This document shows, piece after piece, positions 38,725 to 52,999 of a stretch of DNA of 64,000 nt. Where the stretch lies: contig JAXLNO010005457.1 in assembly GCA_038087875.1 (NCBI GenBank), positions 62,001 through 126,000 of the forward strand, given 5' to 3'. Below the pieces are notes generated by a model. It was not told where the DNA came from, made no database searches, and saw nothing but the letters and a program-made list of their open reading frames with translations. The position numbers and the translations under genes were made by a program. Positions within the stretch are counted from its first letter, which is position 1, and the number at the start of each line of letters is the position of its first letter. This stretch comes from Malacoraja senta. Taxonomy: Eukaryota.

Positions 38725-41700
38725 ATGCAAGATGTTAATATGACAAGAGGGGGTCAGGGAATAACATTTTGTAGTTGGAATGTTAAGGGAATCAATGAAC
38801 CAATTAAGAGAGGTAAAGTTTTGGCACATCTAAATTCAATCAAAACAGATATAATATTCCTTCAAGAAACACACCTTAAAAAGGAATCTCAACATAGACT
38901 TAAAGCTAAGTGGATTGCTGAATCATATCATTCCTCTTTTTCCCATAAGTCCAGAGGAGTTGCAATATTAATTCGTAAAGGAATACCTTTTACGAATTCA
39001 TCAACAATAGCGGATATTGATGGTAGATATATTATATTAGTTGGAGAGTTAAATGGAGAGAAAGTGATTCTTCTTAATGTATATGGGCCTAATTTTGATA
39101 ACCCTATGTTTTTTAATAAAACATTTAATAAAATTCCTGAATTTACACAATATAAATTAATAATTGGAGGAGACTTCAATTGCACATTAGATTCATACTT
39201 AGATAGATCATCAAGGCAAAAAAAAGTAAAATCTCAATCAAGTGTATTTTTAAATTCATTTATTAATACCACTAATATTAAGGATGTCTGGAGAATTGAA
39301 AATCCAACTGGACGGGAATATTCATTTTACTCACCAGTACATAAAACATACTCAAGAATAGATTATTTTTTAGTTGACTCCACGTTTATCCCATTTACTT
39401 ACAACTCAAAACACCATAATATTATAATCTCAGATCACGCACCTGTAACATTCATGATTAAATTAAATGGAATGTCCGAGAAACAAACATATTGGAGATT
39501 TAACCCACAAATTTTGAACGAAAGATCATGCGAAGAATATCTTACTAAACAGATTCAAATATTTTTTGTGGTATATGACAACCCTGACACACCTACTTCT
39601 CTTATGTGGGAAACGTTTAAAGCGTTTGTTCGAGGTGCATTAATTTCTGCTCAAGTATTTTATAATAAAGAGAACAGGATTAAACAACAAACATTGGAAA
39701 GGGAAATCAAGCAACAAGATATAGAAAATGCGAGAATGCCATCTATTTTAAAACATAATAAAATTGCTGTATTGAAATATAAATTAAACAAAATGTATTC
39801 AGAACAAGTAATAAAACTTTATCAAAAAACAAACAATTACATTTTGAGTTTGGAGACAAACCACAAAAACTATTAGCACGTCAGTTACGAAAAATGGAAG
39901 GGGAAAAAATAATTCATAAAATTAGAACAGAGACAGGAGAATTATTAAAAATGCCCAAGGATATAAACGAAAGATTTCTCCAATACTATCATAATCTTTA
40001 TTCAACTAAAACTGTAGTACAACCAGAAGGAATAGCAGATTTTTTACTAAAATGTAATTTAAAAGGTTTAGATTCAAACGATAGAGAATTATTAGAAAGG
40101 GAGATTACGATAAAGGATATTGAGGAGTCTATTGGCTCTTTAAAAAATGGTAAAGCAGTAGGACCAGATGGTTTAGGCTCTGAATTCTATAAAAAAAATT
40201 ATGACTTGCTCTCCCCACGTTTACAAAGGCTGTATGAGCATATCTATACTCAACAGAAACTTCCAGATACTTTAAATGAATCTATAATAACACTTATTCC
40301 TAAAGTTGATAAAGATCCGGAAGATCCGGGATCATATAGAGCAATTGCACTTTTAAATACAGATCAGAAAATATTAACTAAAATACTAGCGCATAGATTA
40401 AGTACAGTGATGAATAAATTAATACACCCTCACCAAACAGGCTTTACTCAGAAACGGTACTCATATTATAATCTAAGAAGATTATTTAATATTATTTATT
40501 CTAAGAGAATTATTAATGAAGATCTAGCAATAATCTCACTTGACGCTGAAAAAGCATTTGATCAGGTTGAATGGTCTTATTTATTTTCGGTGATGGAAAA
40601 TATGCAGCTAGGGGAGAAATTCTGCACATGGATAAAACTGTTATATACAAACCCTACGGCTAGAATATTAACAAACCAAAGGTTGTCATCTAAATTCAGC
40701 CTATCTAGAGGTTGTAGACAAGGATGCCCGTTATCTCCATTATTATTTGCGCTTGCTATTGAGCCACTCGCAGAAAGAGTTAGGGGTCATCCGGAAATAC
40801 ATGGGTATAACACAAAGGACACAGTGAATAAAATTTCTCTATACGCAGATGATGTACTAATTTACATTACAAAACCAGAAATTAGTATTCCAAACTTATT
40901 AAAGCTAATAACCCAATTTGGTTCACTCTCAGGATACAGAATAAATTGGAATAAAAGTGAAATTATGCCAATAAGGGAACACAACAAACAGATAATACAA
41001 CAATTTCCATTTAAAATAGTAAACGAAAAATTTAAATACCTAGGCATTTACGTAACTAAGATATATACATCATTATTTAAAGCAAATTTCCCCCCATTAC
41101 TGAACAAACTACATAAGAATATTCAATATTGGAAAACACTTCCTATCTCAATGGTTGGCAAAATTAATGCCATAAAAATGATTTTTTTACCGCAAATATT
41201 ATACCTTTTTCAGACAATTCCGATATATTTGTCAAAAAACTTTTTTAAAAAATTGGATTCCATTGTTAATGATTTTATCTGGGATTATAAGAATCATAGG
41301 ATAAATAAAAGACATTTGTGTAAATCAAAAATAAATGGAGGCTTGGTTTTACCCAACTTTCTGTTTTATTTTTGGGCAGTTAATATTAAAAATATGAATT
41401 TCTGGTTGGAAGAAATAGATCAACAACTAGATTGGTTAAAAATGGAAAAGGAAGATTGTTTACCTTTTGATATCGGCTCGATATTATTTGCTACGTCTAA
41501 ATTAAACAAAAAAAATTGTAGGAAAACCCTATAATATTTAGTGCTATACGAATTTGGAAACAATTAAAAAAGACATTAAAATTAGATAATTTATCACTTT
41601 TTCTTCCAATTGTGAATAACCCTTTGTTTAAGCCCTCATGGTTGGACAGGGGTTTTACACAATGGAAGAATTATGGAATTAAAAATATGGGACAACTTTA

Positions 41701-42538
41701 CAAGGAAGGCACCTTTCTGACATTTCAGGAGTTGCAACAGACTTATGGACTTCAAGGAAATGATTTTTTCAGATATCTTCAACTCAGAGATTATGTAAAA
41801 TCGAATACTCAAAATTTTTGAATTAGAAATTCAGAAATTCTTGACGAATGTTGGAATAAACATCCTAATACAGAAAAAATAATATCTTATATATATAATA
41901 TTTTATTAGACAGTGACATTCCATCGACGGACTTACACAGACAAACATGGGAAAAATAATTAAATCAAATAATAACGAAAGATACTTGGGAAGAAAGTTT
42001 ACAACACATACATCAATGTTCATTAAATGCCAGACATTCATTAATACAATTTAAAGTAATACATAGGTTACATTATTCAAAAACAAAATTACATAAAATC
42101 TTTCAACATATCTCACCTATATGTGATAAATGTCAACATTTAGAAGCTAACTTATCTCATATGTTTGCAAACTGTATAAAAATAAAAAAATTCTGGGTAA
42201 ATATTTTCAGTATAATATCTAAAGTGACCAGCACACAATTGGACCCGGATCCAAAATTAATAATACTCGGAACATTAGAATTAAATCAAACATTTAAAAC
42301 AACACAAAGAAACTTTATTGATTATAGTATAATAACGGGAAAAAAATTAATTCTAAAATTTTGGAAAGGCCCTATAACCCCCACAATCAAAATGTGGATT
42401 ATAGAAATGACGGAGACCTTAAACGTGGAAATAATCAGATTTTCCCTGTTGGACAAACAGGAATTATTCGTTGGAACATTGTCTCCCTTTATTGATTATT
42501 TAAAGGGTCAGAATGGTTCAGCACAGGAACCTGACTAG
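38725..42538 (+). pseudogene. L1 ORF2p (APE-RT-CCHC) with two frameshifts and two nonsense codons
   Basis: SWNVKG, LQETH, GGDFN, YSRIDY, SDHAP; DAEKAFD, QGCPLSP, YADD; CDKC..H...C. Breaks near 39835, 41525, 41819 and 41958. Confidence 0.92.
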
Positions 42539-45500
42539 CACTCGGGCTAAAGAATGGATGAAATGCTATACTCTGAAATGTACGAATATATCTCGAATGA
42601 AGTTTTTTATTTTAATACATTTTTCCATTCTTCTTTAACTATCTTTTTCTTTTCTGTTTTTTTTTTTTTTTTTTTTTTTTCCTTTCTTTCTCTTTTCTTC
42701 TCTCCCTTTTCTTTCTTTACTTCATCTATCTTTTTAGTTCTATCTAGTTTAAAAAAAACAAAAAAAGGCAAAAGGTATTGGAGACAATGTAATAATAATT
42801 GACAATATTATCAATTCAAAAATGTAAGACTGGTAATGATGTTAATAGGTTGTGTACTTATCTCCAATAAAAAATATTTTCAACAAAAAAAAAAATGAGC
42901 TAACTTATCTTTTGACATATGAGCTCTGTGAACCACCTTGAATTGTATCAAAGCGTGTCTGCACACATTGAAGAGGTATTAACTAATTGAAGGATCCTCT
43001 CCCATTTCTCTATAGATAAAGACATTTGGAGTTCTCTTTCCCAGTCATTATTAATTTTATCAAATGTATCTATTTGTAATTTTAAAATCAACTCATGAAT
43101 AGTCGTTATTAATTCTTTCTGATAAGGGTTCAACTGTAAAAAAAAATCAAAAATTTTGGGTTGATGTGGTAGCGGAAAAAGGGGTAGTTCCTTTTGTCTA
43201 ATTTGTAAATATCTAAAAAAGTGTGAATTAGGTAAGTTATTGGAGAGTTGTTCGAAAGACATAAAACAACCCTCCAAAAACAAATCACAAAAAGCTACTA
43301 ATCCCTTCCTCTTCCATAACAAAAAAACTTGATCAGTACTAGATGGTTGGAAGAGAAATTTGGATAAAATCAGATAGTCCAAAAAACTTATGAAATTGAA
43401 ACCGTATTCGGAACGTATGTCTTATTATTGGGTTCGTCATATATTTATTCAATCTCGTAATTGTAAAAGGTAACGAGGTCCCTAGAATAGAAGCCAATTA
43501 TAGCCCTTGTAAGGAATCACGTTCTAGGTTTATCCATCCAGGGCATTGGGTATCTTCTAAATCTTTTGTCCAAAATGTTAAATAACGAACATTGACTGCC
43601 CAATAGTAGAGTCTAAGGTTCGGCATTGCCAAACCACCAACTTTTTTTGATTTCTGTAGGTATTTTTTACCTAGTCTGGCATTTTTATTCTGCCATATAT
43701 ATGAAGAAATTTTAGAGTCTATAATATCAAAGAAAGATTTGGCAATACAAATTGGTATCGTCTGAAATAAATACAGAAATTTAGGTAAAATGAGCATTTT
43801 AATAGCATTGATTCGGCCAATTAAGGATAAGGACATTGGTGACCATTTAGTGAACTGATGTTTAATATGGTCAATTAAAGGAATAAAATTAGCTTTAAAT
43901 AAATCCTTGTGTTTCTTGGTGATCTTAATACCTAAATAAGTAAAACTTTCGGTAGTCAATCTAAATGGAAACTGTCCATAACTCGAAACAAAATTATATA
44001 ATGGGAAAGCTCACTCTTACTAAGATTTAGTTTATAACCAGAAAAACTACTGAATTGATTAAGTAATGCTACTATTGCCGGAATAGATTTCTCAGGGTTA
44101 GAAATAAATAATAACAGATCATCTGCATAAAGAGATAGCTTATGTGTCTTATTCCCACGGACAATACCAAAAATATTAGGGGATTCCCTAATAGCAGTGG
44201 CTAAAGTTTCCAAAGCAATATGAAATAGTAAAGGACTTAAGGGACAGCCCTGTCTAGTACCTCGAAAGAGCCTGAAAAAAGGGGATCTCTGATTATTAGT
44301 AAATACAGAAGCCTGAGGTATAAGATATATCAGTTTGATCCAAGAGATAAATTTTGGACCAATCTTAACTTTTTCAAGTATATTGAATAAGTATTCCATT
44401 CTACTCTATCAATAGCCTTCTCGGCATCAAGTGAGATGACACATTCTGGGGTTTTATTAGACGCTGTATGTACAATATTTATTAATCTCCTAACATTAAA
44501 GAATGAGTAACGATTTTTAATAAAACCTGTCTGATCTTCAGAGATAATTTGCGGTAAAATCTTTTCCAATCTAATAGCTAATATTTTGGAAAGAATTTTA
44601 AAATCTACATTTAACATTGATATAGGTCTATATGATGTCACTTCAGTAGGGTCTTTATCTTTTTTTTAAATTAAAGAAATAGAAGCTTCATAAAAAGATT
44701 GTGGTAATCTATTCCTTTAAAAAAGCTTCTTTAAATACCTTGCATAGCCATGGAGACAATAAATTTGAGAAATACTTTAAAAATTCTACTGTAAACCCAT
44801 CTAAACCGGGTGTTTTACCAGAATTCATTGAAAAAATTGCTCTCTGTATTTCTTCTTCCGTGATGGGTTCATCTAACAACAGAGACTCATTGTATGGTAA
44901 ATTTGGTAAGTTCAGTTTCTTTAAAAACTCATGCATTATATTGGAATCAGTAGGAAAATCTGATTGGTATAGGGAGGTATAAAATTCCTGAAAGGATTTA
45001 TTAATTTCGTCATGGTCTACAGTTACTGTACCATCCCGTTTACTCACTTTAGTAATCTGACTCTTGGCCGACACTGCTTTCAATTGATTAGTAAGTAATT
45101 TACCAGATTTTTGCCATTTATATAAAATTTACTTTTGGTTTTAAGTAACTGGTTCTCAATCGGTGATACTAATAACAAATCATATCTCAATTGAAGTTCA
45201 ACTATTCTTATAGAGCTCTAAACTAGGAGCTTTTGAATATTTTTTATCAATTTCTTTAATCTCGTCAGCCAATGTGCGTATTTCTTTTTGTGTTTGTTTT
45301 TTTAATCCCGCGGAGTATGAAATAATTTGTCCATGAATATATGCCTTAAAAGCATCCCAAACTATATCATTCGATATCTCTTCATTAGAGTTTGTCAAGA
45401 AGTAAAAAGCAATCTGATCTTTCATAAACTTAATAAAGTTTAAGTCTTGAAGCAAAGTAGCATTAAATCGCCATTGTTTAGCACTAAACTTGGAATCAGG

Positions 45501-48364
45501 TAGTTTGATCAATAGTTTCACTGGTGCATGATCAGAAATAGCAATTGTATCATACTCACATGCAATGACGAATGGAATTAGCCGAGAATCTAGTATAAAA
45601 TAGTCGATCCTAGAATAATTATGATATACATGAGAGAAAAATGAAAATTCTTTGTCATTTGCGTGTAAGAATCTCCAAATTTCTAACATTCCCGAGTCAA
45701 GTAAAAAAGAATTAATAAAATTAGCTGATTTATTTGGAAGCACATGATCAGATGTAGACGTATCAATCGAGGGATTCAAACAGCAATTGAAGTCTCCACC
45801 CATTATTAAAAAGTGTTCATTTAAGTTAGGAAAGGATGTAATTAACTGTTTAAAAAACTCAGGGTGATCAATATTTGGTGCATAGACATTCACCATAGTG
45901 ACTTTTTGCCTATAAAGGACACCGGTAATCACCAAGAATCTGCTATATGGATCAGAAATTGTTTCATGGTGAACAAACGGAAATGAGGGGTCGATAAAAA
46001 TAGAGACTCCTTTCCCCTTAGCCTGTGAATTTGAATGAAACTGCTGTCCTCTCCAAAACTTGAAAAATCGTGACTTGTCATCTTGCCTTACATGAGTTTC
46101 CTGAACAAAGATAATCTGAGCATTTAGTCTGTGAAGAACTTTAAAAAAAAATCCTCTTAATGGGATGGTTCAAGCCATTCACATTCCATGAAAGGAACTT
46201 TATCCATATTGCTTGTAAAAATCATGTGGGATGTAATGGGTTAATTTCTTGAAGCCTAAAAGTTCATAATACTGGAAGAAGAAAAATCTAGGGCGGAGCC
46301 AGGTGACGACATTTCAGCCAATTTTGTAGTTCAGAATTTGCACAAATGGAGATCAGTAAATAGGGAACAAAAGACCCCTCCCCCCTCCCCCCTCCCCCCT
46401 CCCACCCCTGTAGAACCCCAAACTGACCAAAAGACAGTCAGCAAACTACCTAATCCCCTCCCCGATCCCATCTCTCCCAGTAACAGCGCTCAGCATAAAA
46501 TGAATAATATTTAACCACTACGTCATAACACATTCGTTATTATCTCTTTGAGAGAGAAGAAAAAAAATACAGACTGGCATGGAATGCTGCTTATTATTAT
46601 CCAAGGTCAAAATATGAAAAACAAGAACTGCGTTCTCTTAGTTTGTCTAACGACAGGGGAACACGAATTAACAAAGAAATTCTTAAAAGAATATATATAA
46701 AAGAAAAACAACTCGTCCAGTTAAATTCTTAATCATTACCAAACGAAATGTTGTCAAAAGAGGAACAGTAAATCTCCAATTATAACTTAATCAGCTATCA
46801 ATTACTCCCCTTCCTCGTCGTAGCTCTTCAGACGCAGCTGGAGGCGTCTTGAGGACTGTTAAAAAATCGAAAGTTACCATTGAAAAGCCGAATACGCAAT
46901 CTAGCTGGTGATAATAGAGCTGGGCGCAGTTTTTTCTTATACAAATCAGACATTACATTATAAAAAGTCTTTCTTATTTCCAAAAGCTCGTAACTATAAT
47001 CAGGGACAAACCGAAACTTACATCCTTCGTATTCAACCACACCAAACTTTTTTGCTGCCTGGAGAATATTCTCCTTCATTTGAAAAAAATGAAACCGAAT
47101 GATCAAGTGTCTCGGTTTATTACCGGATTTCTTCCCAATCCTGTGTGCCTTATCCAGGAACAGAAGGTTTTCATTGTGCTCAATGTTGAATGTTTCCTTT
47201 ATCATTTTAGAAGCATATTTTATAACGTTATCTCCTCCTTGGCCTTCCGGCAAACCAACAATTCATCAATTCAAACGACGGCTTCTGTATTCTAAGTCCA
47301 TATTTTTAGACTTGTATTGCTGAAGTTCTCAAGTGTTTTCATTCATTCTCCGTTCCAATTTTTCAAATTTCAAATCTCTCTCCTGTCCCAGGGTGCGCAA
47401 GATATCAATTTGATCCTTTTGTTCACGAAGTTCATCTTGTAACAAAAACAGTTTTCCTTGGACTTCCTTCAATTTGGTCAACTCCTTTCACCATTTCTTC
47501 CAAACTGCCAAATCTTGTTTTCGTTTCATTTTTCAGCTCATTTTTCAATTCATCGTTCATTTTCGATATTGCTTCTATGATGCTGGAATCAGAAGCTACA
47601 GCTGTGGTTGTGGCTTTCCCCAGTTCCTTCTTTGGGGATCCTCCTTTCCTTCTTGTCTCCATCCTTTTCACGATTAAGGCGTGTAAATGTGTTATCAACA
47701 CTTTATGAACAGTTAGAAGATGTCTTGAAGTCAAATAGTCACCAGTAACATTGAAAGAGTGGTCAGTGGAAGTTAAAAGTTAAGGGAGCAAACGAGTTTG
47801 CAACCTTACAGCATGCTGCCTTACACAAGGAGAGTCTAGTTATTGACATGTTATTGATGTTCATGATTATTCTGTTCTTTGTGCCTGGCCATTTTGACTT
47901 TGTCACATTTTACTTGGTTTATGATATTGTACAAGATTTGCAATCACACCTCCCAATTGACTAAAATTATCCCAATTAACTAAATGCCTACTATGGCATT
48001 TAAATTATTGCATTATATTCAGTGCAGGGTAGAAGCTGCAGTTTTTAAAAGGGCAAGTTTTTATTACATACTATGTGGTGTGTGCCTGGAAAGCACTGCC
48101 AGGGATGGTGGCGTCTGGGGTGCACCTTCGTGGGTGCATGGAGATGCAGGGGTTTGAGGGACATGAATCATTTGCAGGCAGATGCTGCCTAACTGGTGTC
48201 TGTCCGACTGATCTGGAGGGATCTGATGGTCAGGCAGGGAATATTTCCAGTGACCCAATGGTGCTGAGTTCGCTGAATTTTACGGTGAATGGGAATGCCC
48301 CTGTAATAGAGGAACAGGTCCTTTGTCCAACAACGTTTGTGCTGAACATGACGCAACCTGAGGC

Positions 48365-48870
48365 AGAGTGGCGCTGCTGATAGAGCTGCTGCCTCAGTGC
48401 GTCATAGACATCAGTTCAATCCTAACCTCGCTTGTCGGCTGTGTGAAGTTTGCATGTATTCCCTATGACCGCATGGGTTTCCACTGTCCTCCAGTTTTCA
48501 CACACATACTAAAGATGCCAGGTTTATGGGTTAATTGGTCTCTGTAATTTGACCCTAGTGTGGAAGCGAAAGTTAGATAACATAGAACTTGTGTGAACGA
48601 AACTATTTGAAGGAGTATTGAGTTTTTTGTTTAGTTTAGAGAGAGAGCATTGAAACAGACACTTCGGCCCCACTGAGGCCGCACCAACCAACGATCACCC
48701 ACATAACCTAGGAACACGTCAATTAACCTACAAACCTGCACATCTGTCTTTGGAATGTGGGAGGAAACTGGAGCACCTGGAGAAACCTATGCAGTCACAG
48801 GGAGAAGGTACAAATTCCGTACAGACATCACCCGTGGTCAGGATCAAACCCAGGTGTCTGGCACTGTGCC
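48365..48870. mobile_element. Two V-SINE copies (48365-48600 +, 48630-48870 -)
   Basis: V-domain cores in opposite orientation. Confidence 0.7.
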
Positions 48871-49001
48871 TTTATATCTGGAAGGAAGATGTTATGTGGG
48901 ATGAATCAACAGTTAAAGCGAATAAACTAGTTGCATCTTTCTGAGTTCTGTTCTCTGCTATGCCATTTCTTTGTTGTCTAATATTTAATTTCCCTCCTCA
49001 G

Positions 49002-49042
49002 ATTATCAAAATATTCAACCAAAGCAGAACGTGCACTGCTAA
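49002..49042 (+). CDS. Candidate terminal cytoplasmic exon of the class I-like gene
   Basis: Strong acceptor atttaatttccctcctcag|; phase-1 reading (D)YQNIQPKQNVHC*; AATAAA at 49094-49099. Confidence 0.45.
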
Positions 49043-50020
49043 CCAATCGCTGAGTAGAAGATTTCATGGATGTGATTAAAATGCAGGAACTGAAATAAAT
49101 GGAAAGAGTTAAATTAAGTTTATCAAACATGACAGAAATTCTCAATAGTCTGCCCTGCATTTGTACAAATTAGAGCTATCTAGCAATTTATGTTGATAAC
49201 AGCTGATATGACTGAGGCCTCAACTCCTTTACTGTGCTTATTCCACATAAGACACAATTCCCTGGTCATTTAGAATATATCCACGCATTATCCACCAATT
49301 CACCACCACATCATGCCTCTTTAATACATCCATAAGGTTAACTCTGTTTCTTGTCATCTCCAAGGGACACAGAACCAGTGATTTCAGCCATTCATGGTTA
49401 GGTAACACTTGCTTATTCCAGAAATCTCTTCTAGCTGATATCAAATATTAATATATCCTTTCTTAAATTTGAGGACCAAGCTGTGCACAGTGCTCCTGAT
49501 ATGTCCTTAGCAACATCATGTACCATAATTACAATAGTAACCTACCTTTGAATGCTAATCACCTTCTGAGTTGTGTGCTGCATCTACCTGCTGGCTTTTT
49601 GTTTTGCACTTTAAGCACTTGAATCTCTTGTACTCCACTCATTTGCAATTTCACTCCATTTAGATAATAGCTTCCTTTGAATTGCTCTTACCAGAGTGTG
49701 TGAGCACATATTTTCCATTATTAAACTCCATTTGCCATGTTTATGTTCATCTAACAAAGAGTCATGGAGCCATATAGCATGGAAGTAGGTACTTCAGCCT
49801 AATGCTCCAAGCTGAACAAGATGCTACATTTAGGTTAGTCACATTTGCCAGCGTTTGGCCCACATTCCTCTCAACATGTTCTATCCATGTACCTGTCCAA
49901 GTGTCTTTTCAATGTTGTTATTCTGCCTTCGCTGGCAGCTCATTCCATACACCCAGTAACCTCTTAGTAGAAAAGGTTGCCTCTCAGGTTCCTACTAAAT
50001 CTTCCTCCTCACCTTAAACC

Positions 50021-50618
50021 CAGGGGTGCAGTGCTGCCGGAGCTCACCTGAGCACCGATCCGGCACCTCTGTTAAAGAAAAAATAAACAGGGTGGAATTT
50101 TAACTAGCGGATGTGTGGTCGGGGTAACCTGATTAAAAGAGGGGTAAGGGGAAGATCCATCACTACTGAGGTTCCCTGTAGGAGGAGGGGAACACTATGA
50201 TGCAGCAGAGACAGACCATGTGATGTGTGCATCGTTTGTGGTTGTGGGCCTGGAGCTGAGCCTGGAACTCTGGTGGGTGGATGAGTGGGTGGGTGTGTAG
50301 GTGAATGGGTGTGAGGGTGAGAGTGTGTGTGTGTGTGTGAAGGCCCAGAGCTGTGGGATAGTCAGGGCGAGTCGGTGTCTTGCCGGCACCTCTGTAAAAA
50401 TACATGATAACAGTCTTTTTCTTTACTTGCTTCATAATTATATTTCATGATAATCAGTGAGTGCAACCGTGCAATATTTTGTCATAATTAAATTAAGTAT
50501 TATATGTTTTAAAGTACTAGCTATACACTGGGATGTAGTAATAGGCTATAATCTTGTTTGACCCTCTAGGGAAACTAGCTTGCCCCCCCCCCCCCCAGCA
50601 AAATCTGAAATGCCCCTG
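50021..50618 (+). mobile_element. Non-autonomous hAT-related element carrying one monomer of the 7370-10790 minisatellite
   Basis: 50082-50260 aligns by eye to 7297-7410 plus 10790-10850; starts cagggg and ends cccctg; no TSD found, so boundaries are uncertain. Confidence 0.55.
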
Positions 50619-51491
50619 TTTGACAGCTCCGACACCTAAAAAATTAGCATTGAACACTGCTTAAACCTGTTTTTGCTGGTTCTTGATTACCCTACCCTGG
50701 GTAAAATAAATCCTGATCAATCACCCTCATGATTTTAGAAAGCTCTCTAAGCACCAATTAAATGGTTTCAATTATAGATAGAGTAAGACTTTGTGGTTAT
50801 TTCCAACAAGAATTTTAGACTAAAGAAAGGCCAGTGGAAGTACTTGGTCAAACAGCATCTGTGGAGGCAAATGACATATACCAACATTTCAAGGCAAGGC
50901 ACTGCATTAGAATTGAAGGAGAGGATGGGAAGATTCTAACAGTTTGAAGGAGGAATGGGGCAGAGGCTGGTATGTGGCAGGTGGAATAGTAAGATTAAAC
51001 GAGAACTTACCAAGTTTGAAGTTTGATCTTTATTTTATGAGGAGTAACGTTGAGGGATTACGTGAAGAAGCCCCGTCCAGCCGCACACGCGTCAATCTTT
51101 CAAAGCAGCGGAGTGACAATCACAGACGATAATTACTGAAGTATGATAGTAAGATGCATAAAGACTTAGAACTACCAGCTTGATCCTTTTATGAGGGTGG
51201 GAGCGGAGGGCACGTAATCCCTCAACGTTACTCCTCATAAAATAAAGATCAAACTTCAAACTTGGTAAGTTCTTGTTTAATCTTACTATTTTACTTCGGA
51301 GTCACGTGAGTGACTACGTGAAGATTTCAAAGCTCTGTGATTTCACACCGTGGATTCAAATCCAGGGGTTCACTGCATCGATTGACTCTATTTGAGTAAG
51401 CACAATCAACAATGCATAACCACAACATTTGAATGTAATCAGTTAATGGTTTTATTTATTTTAATAAAAGTAACAAAATTAGGCCCATTTA

Positions 51492-52482
51492 TTATAATGG
51501 GGGATTTAATACTGTATCCCGCACGGCATCACCAAACCCTCTGAGATCTTTAATCTCCTTGTGGTAATACTTGTGAAACATCTGTTCACTTGCCCATCCT
51601 GCGGCCGCGAGAATAAGGTCTATTGTCTGAATCCCTGGCCGCTGATGTTGATGCCGCCCTCGTGGAATGAGATTTAAATTTATCAGTATCAATACCTGAA
51701 TATCTCAACACCTGTTTCAACCATCGTGAAATTGTTTGTGTTGACACTTTCTTATGAGGCTTTTTATGACTAATAAAAAATGCCAATTCGGTGCCTCTTA
51801 AAACTTTTGTTGTTTCTATGTAACATTTCACATATGTTACTACACACAGTCGTGAATCTGTAGGATATGCTAAAAATTCCAACTTGCATCCTGTGAACCC
51901 AGGTCTACTTTGCTTCAGTAAATCATAGACATAGAATGTCACGGCATTTTGCCCTACTTTCATTCTATCAATTCTGAGTTTCTGTAATGTTTGAACTCTC
52001 TGTGCTGAAACTAATGCCATGAGCATAACCAATTTCATGGTAATTTTGGATAATGACAGAGTTTCAACTGGATTCCAATTCCTTAGGAACATCAGTACAT
52101 CTTTTACATTCCAAATTTCTGTATACCTGGGTCTGGGAGGATTAGAGTTGAAAATTCCTTTCATAAACCTACAGACCCAAGGATGTGCTCCAATTGGAGT
52201 TTGTTCTGATTCACTGCTTAAATATGCAGAGAGTGCACTTCGTGCAGTATTAATTGCACTATAACTTAATTTCAATTCATAGTGTAGAGTTGAAAGAAAC
52301 TCTATTACATCTGAAATTTCTGCTGTGTTATATGCAATATTCTTTACTGAACAAAACACCTCCCATTTCTTTATATATGAAATGTACTGCTTCTGGGTAC
52401 TATTCCTCCAGGCTGCTGTCATAACATCCACCGTACGGTCTGATAATCCTTTTCCAAGATATGGCCTTCTTAGAATCTGCAA
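51492..52482 (-). pseudogene. DIRS1 tyrosine recombinase, frameshifted near the C-terminus
   Basis: SAQRVQ...SHSTRAAST in ORF 51586..52482; ILAAAGWASEQMFHKYY in ORF 51492..51692. Confidence 0.9.
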
Positions 52483-52525
52483 ATCAACAAACCAATACGA
52501 TTATGTAAAGGATGTGATTCATTAG

Positions 52526-52999
52526 TCACAGGGTGTACAAGCAGTTTAATCTGCTTTGGAATAACCATAAGGGTTTTGGTTTTTTTCCCCCCATTTTTAA
52601 CACCAGTGGGTACCACACCTGTGTCGGCCAATCTGGTACTACCAAAATCCCTGAGGCTGAATCTTGTTTAATTTTCTGTATGCATTTGTGGATTAAACAA
52701 AATGGTGGAAACGCATACAGAAACATACCACCCCAATGTAGCGAGAAAGCATCCACCACTACTGCACCAGGATCAGGTTCCCATGACACATACTTAGGCA
52801 ACTGGTGGTTCAATCTTGATGCAAACAGATCAATTTCTGGCATTCCAAATTGTGTGATAATTTGTGTGAATATTTTCCGATTTAACATCCATTCTGTATT
52901 ATCATTAAATTTATGTGATCTTTTGTCTGCAATTGTATTAATTTTTACCTGGTAAATATTGCTGACAGCCACATTTTTCTGGCAATACCCCAGGTCCAA
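52526..52999 (-). pseudogene. DIRS1 N6-adenine methyltransferase-like domain
   Basis: IDLFASRLNHQLPKYVSW and YAFPPF motifs directly downstream of RNase H. Confidence 0.8.

Larger units (their letters stand above)
36436..42895 (+). mobile_element. Full-length L1-clade LINE inserted antisense into the host L1 ORF2
   Basis: 5' gacttccggtggcgc; ORF1, ~1.08-kb spacer, ORF2, AATAAA at 42866 + poly(A); TSD aaaa(c/t)gagctaactt at 36421-36435 and ~42892-42906. Confidence 0.95.
30510..47800 (-). mobile_element. Full-length L1-clade LINE (host of the nest), disrupted
   Basis: ORF1 pieces 47432..47734 and 46828..47253 (LFLDKAHRIG, FRFVPDYS); APE 45198..45935 and upstream; RT 44330..44641 and 43956..44399 (QGCPLSP, YADD); C-terminus continues at 36003-36435; 3' UTR split by DIRS1; poly(A) region ~30510-30540. 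Confidence 0.88.

Noticed and set aside
38725-42538. Idea that the inner L1 ORF2 is intact and broken only by homopolymer sequencing errors
   Set aside because: Besides two frameshifts there are two in-frame nonsense codons (~41819, ~41958).
48075-48380. 101-aa ORF
   Set aside because: Begins in a decayed CR1 tail and ends in a SINE head; no domain similarity recognised.
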